From Daphnia carinata (Eukaryota), in contig NC_081331.1 of the NCBI RefSeq assembly GCF_022539665.2, forward strand, positions 6,882,001 to 6,946,000: 64,000 bases of DNA. The letters are read 5' to 3'. The translations under genes were made by a program, and so were the position numbers. Below, piece after piece: positions 38,801-52,315 of the stretch. Positions within the stretch are counted from its first letter, which is position 1. Each line of letters starts with the position of its first letter. The notes under the pieces are model-generated. The model saw only the letters and a list, made by a program, of their open reading frames with translations, made no database searches and had not been told where the DNA came from.

Positions 38801-41800
38801 TTTTTCTGGTATGTCTTTGTTTCCCTTTTTTTTTGGCATTCTTTGATTACGTACCCAGCGCTCCGCGTGTTACAATGTCGTTTCTGTTATGATTTCAAGA
38901 GCCTTAGAGCGTTCAAACTCACGACGAATTACGATGATATTCTCGTTTGAAAACAGGCGGTATTAGGATTCGTTCGACTGGCGAATAAGGCAAAAATGCA
39001 ACGATGCGAACAAGCCAAACGACTAACCGTTATATTCTGGTTAGTTCCTTCTTTTTTTTTTTTTTGACAGCCGTTGGTCATCAAAGAGGAAAGAAAATTA
39101 AGAACAATGTCTCAAAAAAAAACTTGTTTTTTCGGCGTCGACAGAAGCTAAAAAGAAAATGCTAACTGAAGAAGAGAAGCCACTGTGACAGCCAGCCGAG
39201 TAAAATGTCTTGCTGTGGACGCGACGAATCCTATAAGAAAAAGAGGTAGGAATCTGACACTTGACCTTCCTTCTGTGTTGTTTCTTTTGGCAGAGCTTGA
39301 ACCCTTCCGCTCGCATCACCTCTTTGCCTAGAGTTCTTGTCGACTTGATGTAAAACAAGCGACATAACAAATTGGAAAGAAACCTTATAAGAAACAAAGT
39401 GGAAAGACACAACAGCTGACGAACCCAACATGTACCCTTCTTAATAATAAAACGCGGTGAAAAGCACCATCCGTGTCTTTTTCGACGAATTTCGGCTTGG
39501 TTGAAGCTTTACCTAGAACATATATTTTCTTTTTTTAACAGAAAGCTTTGCTTGTTATCTTTCCTCCACCTAATGCTTATATGCACACCGTAGGGCTTCG
39601 ATGTAAATGAAACCTTTCGCCTTCAGCACACACACAGACACACCGGCTCTCTCTCTCTGCTTTCCCTATCTTGTCTGTTGTCTGTTTCGCGTGTCATTTA
39701 CCACCGCAGCGGCAGTTTTTTTCCTGCCCCGACTAAGTCTACATTTTTTTTTTTCGTCTGATATCGAAACGAAATAGCGCTAAGCGCAGACAAACACGGG
39801 TGGATGCATCCGCTATTTTACGAACGTGCTAAAAAAAAAAAAAAAATTAAATGATAAAGAAAAAGAGAAGAAGAAAAACGTTTGTGTCGGTACGTCTAAA
39901 GCCGCCCCCGTCTTTTGCGTGTGCGTGTCAACGGAATGGTTTTGACTTGAAATAGTTGGCAAACACAAACATATAGACACACACTGGCCAAACTAGGAAG
40001 ACGGACGCTAGAGTTGAAGTCCTCTTTTTCTTCTATTGAAATTGGGCTATTTCTAGCGGAAATGGTGCGCACTTTCTCGTCCCACTGTGTACACACTTGC
40101 CAGCACACACACACAGCACGATTATGTATATGCACACGTACAAGAGTCCGCTTCTATATGAATGCAGTAAGTGTTCCACACACACACATACAAAAAAAAA
40201 AGACATGTTGTTATACATACTGGACAATTGTACGATGCTGAGAGTGAGATCAGGGAGGTGTCTGTACAAGTGCAAACTTGCACAGCAAAGAAAAAGCAAT
40301 TGGAAGTGGCGCAAAAGTACATTGTCTTTGAGCCAATCGGCCGACGAGGGAACGACAAGAGCGTTGATCTTTTTTTTTTTCGTCGTAGAGTTTCTCCTTT
40401 CTTTATCCGACTCAGCTCAGAGGAGTTAACGAAATCACAACTTGAGTTATCCAAAAAGTCCGGCACATGCAAGAGAGGGGCATCAGGAACTACATGGAAG
40501 TCCAGTAGACTGAATCCCTGTTTTTTTGTTGTCTTATTTTGTATGTGTGTCTGTTTTGCTATCGTTGTTGTTTTCCTCGCTACTGGATGAGGCTGTAAAG
40601 AGATTTAGAGAACGGAAGGCGAACGTGATTCGAATGGCTAAAATCGTTTCCCCTCTTAGCTCGTTCCAGCGTTCCTCGTCTGCGTTCGTGCCTCTCTTGT
40701 CTCTCTCTCTTTTTCTATTTTATTTACACAATCAACTGCCAATCACGGAGCTCCCAGACGAGTTGATGGAAATTGTTTTCTGTTCTCCTATGAAAAGATT
40801 GCAGCCGCACGCATCCAGCCGCTTCCCAAATAGCAATCGAGTGAGAATAAGAGAATAGGACCCAAAAATGAGGCAGCGGTGCCAAAAAGTCATCAAACAG
40901 GGATTAAGTCTGATATTTGGCGTACGTCACTTAGATCGACGTAGAACTCCCTGTCTTTTGCACCTCCCCTTCATTCAAGCCGGCATCGAAATCCCGCCGA
41001 AGGGGTAGTATAGTAAAACTGACAGCCGCATGTGTGCCACCACATATAGAAGGGAACAACCCATACACAATCAGTGCAAAAGAATAGAAGAATTGAAGGG
41101 GGGGGAGGAGGCACAGAGAATAGCTCCAAACAGTTTTTCATCACTTGTTCCAACACCGAGGGTGTTAGCTAGTGAGGGGATTCATCGATTGAAAATTAAT
41201 GTAAAAAAAAAAAAAAAATCCTTTCTCTCCCTTTTTTTTCACCCCTCGTCTTTTAACACTCGAAAATGCGACTACTACTAGCCCCTTGTTACAGTAGTGA
41301 ATAGACAAGCTACCCTATTGGGTGGTAGCGAGTGGCCTACCATCACCCCCTATTCTTCCAATGGCTTCGCATCAATATGTACCTATTCATCCGCGCACTG
41401 TATTATCTCAAGTGTCGTACACACGTAGAAAAGCACAAGAGCACAGATGTGCACTGAGGACAGTAGACAAACAAAAATGCCTACCCACACAAATACATCG
41501 GGTCCAGGGACCGAGTATAAAAACGTCGATAATAAAGAATATTGCAAATGGATAAATAGGAACGGAAAAAAAGTTGAGTGAAAAGAGAAGGGGGGGAGTT
41601 GGAGTGATGCCGTGGTATAACGAGCATACGCCAATGACAGGAAAGGGTAAGTAGAGGGTAGCGGAAATCGTTATGAGCTTGTGACACGGTTTGTGCCTTA
41701 AAGACGTGAAAGCATACACATCATCTAACGCGATCGTTCGCAACAAGTATCCATTAACAAACTTGTATATTCTCACTTTCATTTCTTTGCGGTTTCGTCT

Positions 41801-44800
41801 TCTTTTTGCTACTCGATACCCGTTCATATTCGTTCTACACATTGCGCGTGATTCGTTTCAGCAAAAAAAAAAAAAAAAAAAAACTGTACGAAAACGATAG
41901 CCGCACCCTTTTGGCATACAGCCTTGACGTCTCGAGGTGTTCCAGACGGCTAGCAAACGCTTTTTTTTTTAACGCCAACTGGTTATCACTGTAAAAGATA
42001 TTCCCCTTGAAAAAGAAAAAAAAAAAATGCTGGCTGTATATTTTTCAGTGTTATGTGCATAGAGCATATTCACAAACGCAATATTTTGCCTCACATGGGT
42101 TCCCTTTTAACAGTCAACGAGCTTTACAAAAGATGGGACGGTCATAAAAGTAAAGTATAAGAGAAGATCAAGTTTAATTATTGGCTCAGCAATAAGATAA
42201 GGGGGACGAAAGGGGTTCCTTTTTTTTTTTTTTCTTTCAAAAAGAATATGAGTAGTATACTGTCTTATGGTTATTTAATCCTTACAGTCGGCATTTGATG
42301 CGTATGTTGCGCACTAAAAAATGAAACGAAAAAAAGTCCTGCATATGTAGCAGGATGCATCGGTGCCCTTGAGGACAACTGTCGAAGTGACGGAGACGAC
42401 AGGAGTAAGAGTAGTAGAAGAAAAAGCTAGTGAAAGAAGGGAGCAAAAAAGAAACAGCCATCAACTTGTCAACTGTCAACGACAAGCGACTCCGGTACCA
42501 TCAGGCAACAGCCGAAAAAAAAAAGTTGAAACATTTTTATTAAGCAAAATAGAAAAAAAAAAAGGAGGCGGAAGGGTGGAGGACGTGGGTTGAACGAAGA
42601 CCTCCGATTATCGTATGAAAATATGTCCAACCCTTCCCTCTATTTTTCGACTGATAAATCGTATTGAAATAAGAAAAAAAAAAAATGAGATGAAGAGAAA
42701 GGCTTCTGCTGGACGGGGATGCTGGAAGGGACACATGATTTCGCACCCCCTGGTCGCTTGTCGCTGTTCTATTATGCGTTATGTATGTGCGATATGAATA
42801 GAGAACGACGTGCTGTGCAATCAGAAATGTGTCAATCAGGCGTTTTCGGCCAACGGGTGAACTTTCCATCGCTTCTATGGAACTCTAAAAGTGCACAGCA
42901 CTGATGGGAAACGCTCCCGGTTTTCTCTCCAATGACCATAATCGACAAGATCGCCGTATGCAAATTTTGCGTCTTCATATCCAAGTGGCTATTGTATCGG
43001 GGAGAAAGCCAACGCGTCGATCATGATGCGAATCGAAATCGACAAGATCAGCTCGAGCCATTTTTTTTTGTGTGTGTGTGGAGTAAATCGGACAGGGATT
43101 ATAAGCAAATTGAGTCACGAATTTCACACAGCATCTAGATGGTGAGACGTGACTTTCTCGTCGTCGACGTTTCACGACGTTTCGAGGTTGACACTCGAGG
43201 CCTCTTGATGTACTATCCTAATCTATTCTCTTTTGGCAAGAGGGGCGAAATTCGACAAGTACGCCAAATGTTGAGACCCTTATTGGCTCGCTGAGTCGTT
43301 GATTTAACAGCTGATAGGCGGAGGCTATCAATTACTTCGATCAATCCATAATCGTGTAAGTATAGCCCAGTACGACCTAGTCCAAGTAAAAATTTAAAAA
43401 TAGCCGATAATCAGCTGCGCTGCTCGTCCTGTTTTTTTTTTTCCCCACCGAGCGTGACTGGAAACAATACTTCAGTTGTCAATTTTTTTTTTTTCCTCGT
43501 CCTCAGACCACCACTCGACTAAGATTTGAAATCTGATAGAAAAGAATGGACCCAAACAACGACAAGCACATCGGAGAGAACTGATATTACACACATACAC
43601 CAGAACAGAATCGGTGGCTCCCCCCATTGTACGCACGTTGTGAGTGAGCGTCTAAAGTGTACTCGAATCTAGTCGCTTATTGAAGACGAAGGATAACGCA
43701 ACAACAATAGAAGTCGATAAAAACGATATAACGTCCCGTTCTTGGACGACCCTCTCCAATTGTCCGCAGCGTAAGATATTTTTCATTCCACGTTTCTAAA
43801 GACATCCGTGATCGTGTTTATACGGACTCAACGCGTTTGAATTGAATTTTCTAAAAAAAAAAAAATATAGCACCTCACCAGAGGAATGCGTGAGCAATTT
43901 TTTAATGAAAGACTAATGATGTTTGTCTAATGGTGGATCGCCCAGAAGCGTGAATCAACGGAACTATTATTCCCCGTCTTTTTCACTGCCCTTACAGTAA
44001 GCGCACCGTTCACTTTTATTTAATTTTATTATTATTGTTACATCTTTCCTCTTTTTTTTTTTTTAAACTGAAAAAAAACCATTCAGAAAATCCCGTAAAA
44101 AAAAAATAGAGATAGAAAATCAAAGGAAGAAAAGCAAATGACTATTACAATCCAGCTGGTTGTCAAAACATAACAAATTCACCATGTCATTCCGTCGTTA
44201 AAAAAAGAAATGCCAGAGAAATCACGACAACCAAGTCAGCGGCGTGTAGAAGGCCAACACCCTTTTTTTCCCCCCATCGCCATAAATTGTGGCCCATTCC
44301 AAAAAAATGCCCAACCGTTCGTTTTCTTTTTTTTGCAGCAGCAGCAGCAGCAGCAAAGGGTGCGAGAATGATGGAAAAGGTACTGCTGGCCGCCATCACG
44401 CTCATTTGAATACATCACACATCAAATCCTCTTTACAAGCGACCCTGTACTCAAGGAATCATGCCCGACTGGGCTTGGCATTATTCTATCGAGTGATGGA
44501 CATTGGTTGGTTTTTTTTTTTTTTTAAATCTAAGAGAACGCGTTTGAATTTACATTGACCAACCATTCACATTTTTTGTTCCATAACTTAAAAAAAAAAA
44601 ATCGAATTGCCAAGTAATTTTTTTGTTTGTTACTTTTTTCACGAATGAATAGACATGGAAATTTACGTAGGAATTGCTGACGCTATGAGGAACCAGACGC
44701 CAAGTCGGTTCGAATCGACTGTCTGATCTTTTTCGGTTTTTTCCCGACTATCAAACATTTTTTTTTTTTTTTGGCTAGAAAATAGGCGCCAGTTGCCAAG

Positions 44801-47800
44801 GCAACAGTATCAACATTTTTCGTGCTACTTTTCTTTTTTTTTTTTTTTTTTCTCTTCCTTTTCGCTTTAATAAGGAAATATCTGGGGGGCTGAATTTTCT
44901 TTCGGTGTAATATGTTTTTAGTCGTGTTTTCTTGTTGTTTTCGTTGTTGATGATGGTGATTGTTGTTTTTTCTAAGACCCTTTTTCGTCTCTGGCTGTAC
45001 GAGCGAAGAGAAAAAAAAAAAAAATACAAGCGCACGCGCAACAAAAAAACAACAACAGGCACTGCAAAGAAGAGAGATGTGAAAATAAGAGACGGTTCTT
45101 GTAAAGCGAGTACAGGTAATAACAGGGCGCTGCCGGCTTTAATCAAAGGAGCTAACAACAGTAGTGGTGATGGTGGAAACCTTTTTTTTTTTTTTTCCCC
45201 CCTTTTTCTTTCGTTAATCATCCCTACTGCGTATACTTGACCCAAGCTGCTAATGCAAGAACCAATGATGACAAAAAAAAAAAAAACTCTCGAAAAATAC
45301 GATGATAATAAATTGAGCAATCATATCTCTAGCGGGTCTGTGTGCACAGCACACAACACCTCGCGCTATTATTCGTTTTTCTCGGGGTAATCGAAACGAA
45401 ATTTCGGCTAGACACGTAATCTCGTTCGAATTATTTTTTTTTTTTTCATAACAACCTATTTCTCTGAAGCGCTATAAAAAAAATAAATAAATACATAATT
45501 TAAAAGAAAAGAGCGATGAAATTTGCGAGAAAGGCGGGAGAGAAAGCAAACTGATAAATAGAACAATCTGCCTTGCGGGGTCAGGTCAAATATGGACTAC
45601 CTTTAGCTAAAAAAAAAAAAAGTGGGCATGTAAATTGAATTAGATGGATGGACCTTTTAAAAAGATCACGAACTGGCGAAAAAATAAAAAAAATATATAA
45701 AATTCATTCGTTAAAAACTTTGCACGCCGGTTGAAGGTTAAGAAATACGATACATCTGAGCCGTCCTGATTTTTTTTTTTTTTTTTTTTTGGTTTGTTTT
45801 TTTTTGTTCCGCGAGAACAAACGAGAGGCTTTTACACTGGGCTCTGCCAAGACGGACGATATGTAATAACCAAGTGGTTATGGATTGAAGTGGGGGAGAA
45901 AAAAAAAAAATGTTTATTTTGGCTACTGTCGGTTTCTCGCAAAGCGAAGGTTACAGAAATTCGGCGCAATCATCCGTCATCATCTGTCATTGCAGTAGCC
46001 GAACAGGGCCAAACTGGCGGATGATTATAGACGTCCAGTAGAGCCGGAGCTCACGACGAAACAAAAAAGAATCAAATAAAACGGGCAATGCATTCCTTCG
46101 AACAACAAAAAAAAACAAAAAACAAACTAGAAGCACAAAACTCTGAGGCGGGTCTCAGAGGCGAATCGAATAGATAAACAAGATGCGTGAGCCAATGCAC
46201 CGGTTCTCGTTGCTATCTGAAAGATTTACGATCCAACTGACACGAGGATTATAAAAAGCGGAGTATAAAAGCAAAAGAATGATGGGGGTAAAGAAGTTCA
46301 CGAACACTGTCTGATGGTCATTTGGTCAGTGCTCAACAGCCCACCAAGAGTTCGAATAAAACGTGCATCAGTTCGAAAGGGGACACGCCCAATATCCCAA
46401 TATCCTCGTTCGAAAATCAAACACCAAAAGAACACGAAATAAAAGGAGAAGAAAAAACAAAAATAAACGAGCACACCTCGTATAGTGAACGATTCAACGA
46501 GCAGTTAATCAACGGAAAAAAGTCTTGACGATCTGATCATCGTCCCGTGTCTCTTAATCTTTATTTTCCTTGTTCATCCGAGCACCGTCAGCACCTTCAC
46601 ACCGTTGAGTCTGAACCCACGTAGATTCAAATCCCCTTTTTTTTCGAAATGCCATCGTTAGATCCGTAATATATTACAACATCCCCTTAAACTACTGGCG
46701 AGAGAGATGGTCATGCTACTGGTCCGTCTCACACCGATTACCGTCGTAACAATGCTCGGGAATGGAATCACGATAGGTGAATATGCGGGCAGTGGTCCAG
46801 AGGAATCAACAGCTACCACCAAGAACAAACTATTACTTGTTATCACTTTATGTTTTTTTTTTTTTTTATGTTTAAGAAAATAAAAACTTGCATCAATTTG
46901 ATGCAACGATGCGCTTGATTTATACATTTCAACGATCAGCCGAAATGAAATCTCGACATCTCTCACCATCTGCACAAGAAGGGGAGGAAAAGAAAGACCA
47001 GTTTCGAAAAAAAAACAAAAAAACATTCGGCGATTGTATCACCAGAACACGACACAACACAGTAAGAATTATTTCAATTCACTACCCTGGCATTTTGATA
47101 ACACACGCTGGGTTAGTCCTGGTGATAACGTTGAAAAAAAAAAGAAAAGAAAATTCAATCCTCCCCCAATCTTCCACTGATGAAGAAAAGCCGAGGGAAG
47201 GTGGAGGGGAAACAAAATCGAATCAAAAGAAATGAAACGATCGTAGCTGTGTCGTGAATTCAGTGATGAGTTCCAACCCAACAGGCAACAACCCCCTCCC
47301 TCCCTCCTCTCTTTCCACTAACTTTGGGTGATAATATATTCAGGAAGCGAGTTCATCAAGACGAGGAGGGGCAACTACTACGAGAGGGAGAGAAAGGAGA
47401 AACGTTTGTTAGGGACTTTTTTTTTTGTCGATAAGCCGATTAACGATTTCGTCCTCGATGATAATACGAGATCGTTGGGGGTAGCTGATGTTGCTGTCGC
47501 TCATGTCGTCTGTACACAACGAACAAGAAATCGACGGTGGTTAGCGCACGAACGGACGTACACACACACACACACACACACACCAAATCAGACATAAGAG
47601 AAGAACCAGGGGGTCGGGACAAGAAATACGAAGAGACAAGGGTTGGATGTTATCCTACCCCACCAAAGAAAAAAAAAAATATATATATATATAAGCATTC
47701 TATATAGTGTACACTAGGTAATGAACTGCTGATTCTTTCTGGCTGAAAAGAAGAGAGCTAGCCAGCTTTTGTCCTCGTAACAATAGTGGGGAAGATTGCC

Positions 47801-50800
47801 AAAGAGGATGCACACAAAGAAGGGAGTAAAAGACACATTCGGAGTACAGCGAGATTCGAATAGACGGGGGCTATGTGTACACGGGGAACCGAGATTGGTC
47901 CACCCCCCCCCCCCTTTCTCCCAAACTCTTGGTGGTTTTATCAGTTCTCCTCATCTAAGGTTGATGCATCTTCGAGCGTCACCTGCATGCAGACGTTTTA
48001 GATTTATGTGGTAGGGTAGGACTGTGTTACCTGGTTTGGCTCTAGTCGTGTCAATCAGCCTTCGTTCCTATCGCTCTCTTTCTTTTTACTCGTCTGATTT
48101 CTCCATCGCCTTGTAAGATTTGTGTTAGGCAGTCATGTCATTCTCAGCCAACACCAATATCTTAGACGCTTCACTGTGTCGATCGCTCTCGTGTTTCCAA
48201 ACATTTCTCTCTCTCTCTCTCTCTCTCCTTTTTTTTTTTGTTATTGTTGTTTATCTATGTGTCCGATCCATATTTTTGTGTGTGTGTGTGTGTACAAAAA
48301 CGCGTTTGAGTTTACAAAAATGTGTGCTTCTTTTTCTTATTCTCTCAAAGCCCCTAGAAGTCAGTTTAATCAACCAAAACGAAACATCACGACACAATAC
48401 CGTATATGTGTCCCCCCTCACTAAAAACAAACTCCACCCAAAAAAGGATGCGAAATGATCGACACGATTTTACGTCCTATCGGGTAAAAAAAAAAATAAT
48501 AAATAAAATGGGTCGATGTTGCTATCGGCAGCTAATAATTCCTTATCGAAAATGATGGAATCTAGCCATAAATAACTTGGCAACGGGGGGGGGGGGCAGC
48601 AAGTGAGTAACGTGACCCGATTTTGGTAGCTCGTTCCGTATCCAGTCGATTTCAATACCCACCGCAAAAACGAACTTCTTTTTTTTTTTTTTTTAAACGT
48701 AACAGGTGGAGGTGAGACTGAATACGTTTGCGACCCCCAACCTGTTTTTTTTTTGTTTCGTCAGATAGAAATTTGAAAGATAAATCAAAATTCTAATAGA
48801 AAAAAAGGGAAAGAGAAATGGTTTTTTTTTTTTTCAAAAAAGGCGAGAACGAAATCGAAGGAATGAAAGCTGAAAAGCTCATCGATCAAAGTCAAGTATT
48901 GATTATCTCAATGAGTCAATCAGCACGCATCCATCTTGTAATCAGTCGAGTTTCCGATTGGCTATATATGTTGTAGCCTCTCGAAAAAAAAAGAAAGAAA
49001 AGAAATTAAGAACGAGAACAGAAAAAAAAAAAAATAACTTAATAGAGTTATTATATTTCTTCCCGTGATTCGTTGTATGTTCTTTGTAAGCATTCTCGAG
49101 TGATTTCTACACATCGTAACGCGATGGTGAGCCTGACGGATGAAAGTACCACCAGTACTCTACGTTGCTGATATGAAGGAAAATGTTAATTGATTGTTTT
49201 GATAGATGATTTAGTAGTTGGGGAAATTTCCCGTGCCTCGACAATCGACGACTACACGCAACACAGACCGGCCATCACGGCAACCTCCATCCTTCGCTCT
49301 CATGACAACAACACAAAAATATTTTTTTTCTTCCAAAATAAATAAATACATAAAAACTCTAGAAAAGAAGAAGAATCTAAAAAAAAATGAGAAAAAGAAA
49401 AAAAAAAAGATGGCAGAGAAAATCCATTAGGGTCCACGCCATCACCACTCCTATCAGCGTCTTTCTGTCTGTGTGTTCGTCTCTTATAGCCTGCGCTACT
49501 CTCCCGCTTTCATTGTGAAAAAAAAAAAAAAAAGGCGAAGCCATGCATCAGGGCCAAACCAAGTTTCATATAGCTACTGATGTTTGGCTGCCGTTTTTTT
49601 TTTTTTCTGGAAGCGTGAGAACGAACGCAACTAGCGCTCAGAGGCCCGCCCGATACGACCCATCGTCAGTAGGCACGGCCGCCACAAACAGACGCCTCTT
49701 TAGCGCGCCAGTTCAATCATAATTACTTAACCGAGAGAACGAAGAAGGAGGGAGAGAAAAAAAAAAAGTTATACATGCGGTGTCTATCGTCCATTAAGAC
49801 TGTAAATTGATACATTACAGAACGAGTATATATTAGGAGACTCTGATGAGGACGTAGATAAATAATCGCCTTTTTGAAGCAAAAGAATAGACAAGGGGAA
49901 AAAAAAATGATTTGCTTAATGACTTGTTCAAATCCATCTATAGAAAAACGATGATGTAAACGCAAAAAAAAAAAAAAAAGACATGACACGAAAAAGAATT
50001 GCCACGCACGCTATGATCTATCGTAATCATGCGAGCTACTAATTGAGCTTGGCTAAATGAGGCAGACGAGTGTGAATGTGAGTGTGGGAGTGCGTGAGAC
50101 TGGTTGAAAGAAAAAGAGGTAAGTTAGTAATCAAGACCGCCCACCGCTTTGTTCCATCACCGCATAGAAGAGCCTGTTGTCTTTTTCATGTGTGTGTCCT
50201 TATGCTCAAGGATGAGGTCGATGTAAATCGTAATCACACTTGCTTTACAAGTTACACAACAAGCCCGCCGTGGAATAATCCTTTTTTTTTTGTGTGTGTG
50301 TGTATGTGTTTCTGTGCCAAAGCTGATTGCTATTAAAGATTCGTTTCGATTCTCGGGTGGTCCTTAATTTCGCTTGACAAGCCGGAATAACGGCCAACCA
50401 TTTACGGGGCCAGCTTACTTTGATGCACGTTACACGAAGAAGTGCAGGATCTGAATAGGCCTTAATGCAATCTTATCGCATTCGCCGCATCATCATCAAA
50501 AACAGCAAATTACAAAAGCAACACACGGTGCCCCTATTTCGTTTAAACGAAACGCGAATAGATGAACGCTGACGATGGCAAACGGACATAATGAATCTAC
50601 GAATGTGAAAAGAAGTCCAAAAAAAAAAAAAAATAAATAAAGAAAATGAGTCGTCTTGGCTTTTTCCAAAGAGTCTGACCAACGAACATGGCCGATGATA
50701 GGGGCCGGCTGTTGGTCCATTACAAACAAGCCCAAAGTTTCGTTGTCAATGCGAGACTATTTCTCTGTCCGACGACGACAAGATTTTCTTTTCGGAGCTT

Positions 50801-52273
50801 ATATATTTTATTTTTTTTTTTTTTTATTTATCTCTTTTGTGTGGCGCGTCTTGTCGTCCGAAAGGGATCGTCAAAGGAACACACAGACAAAAAAAAAAAA
50901 AAAAAAAAAAAAAAAACGGAACGCGAGGCGGTTTCTCTTGTCAACATGTTGCCGAGTCTGCGCAATAAAAACTCTCAAGGATATATACATTTTGACGACT
51001 GACAACTAGTCTCACGAAATGGGGGAAACGATAGCACGTAGAACTGCGTTTTGAGTCAAGCGTCTGGGGTGACGGCAGGGCGGCATTTCGCCTAATGGAA
51101 CTGACAGCCTTTTTGACACATACTGTACACATACAGACACACACACAAGTCGAAACTGTCAAAGAAAATGAAAATGAGCAGGGAAAAAAATAAGAAAATC
51201 TACACTGAAAAGTAGACGTAGATTGATATAGTAAATGGCTCAAATTGCAACTGTGAAACGGGTAGGTAGACATGCCCGTCTACGTATCAGTTCTCCTCAT
51301 TTTTTCTTTCCTCTTTGGTGTGTGAATCCAATGCTAATGAATTCACGTTGCACCTGACCGAAAAAAATTAAATGTTGCAGCTCTTTCAAAGTCGACAGCG
51401 AACGATGTTTGGCGGCGTTCACCATCGTAGAAGACTGTATTAAAGAATTTTGAAGGAGAATGGCCATTTAAAACTTCACGTCTGTTCGAGCCAAAGAGAT
51501 TTCTACCGTAGATCTCACCCTATCTCTTTCATGTTTGCTGGACCTATGTTCATAAACTATAATGCCGACTTCCCCATTTATTTTATTTTTTTACTGAATA
51601 GAATCAAAAGATAAATCTCTATTTTTTTTTTCTCCATCTTTTCTAACGAAAAATAAACAAGCCAGAAAAAAAAGGTAGATAACAAAACACGGTAGATTCA
51701 GTGACGCTATCTCGCTTGCTGTGTTACATGAATCATTGAAAACTGTTGACGGATGAAATGGAGAAGATTCCTTCGCAAAAGCAAGAAACAAACAAACAAA
51801 AAACAAAAAAAAAACATCAAAGGAAGAACAGCACATAACAAGATAAATTGCATGTGAATATTCAACCGATTCGCTCTTCGCTTCCTTTCGTTTGATTGTA
51901 TTTGTTGGGTGTTTGCCATGGAGTGTGCAAATTGATTGATTTTCACCTATCGTTATTTGTTTGGTTTTTTTTTTGTTTATTCCTTTTGTTTCCCATTTAT
52001 TTCTTTGATGCATTTTTATCTTTTTTCTCGCTTCCATGGCTGTGTCAATAAACGTGTATAGATGATGTGTTGTCAAACGTTTCCTCCCTATACCTGCATA
52101 GGCGGTCTGGCACGGTTCCACGGTACCAGCCCTATTTCACGAACAAACAGCCGAATTACACACACACACACAACCGGGAGAGAGAGAAGCAAAAAGGGCG
52201 GACTGTGTACGTTGTGTGTTTGTTTGACGATGACCTAACAAGGCGAGCGGCTATTAGTTTGCCGGACGGCGAG

Positions 52274-52274
<1 letters not shown>

Positions 52275-52312
<38 letters not shown>
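52275..52312 (+). repeat. (CT)19 microsatellite, one of many (CT)n/(CA)n tracts in 36-64 kb
   Basis: Directly visible. Confidence 0.9.
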
Positions 52313-52315
<3 letters not shown>
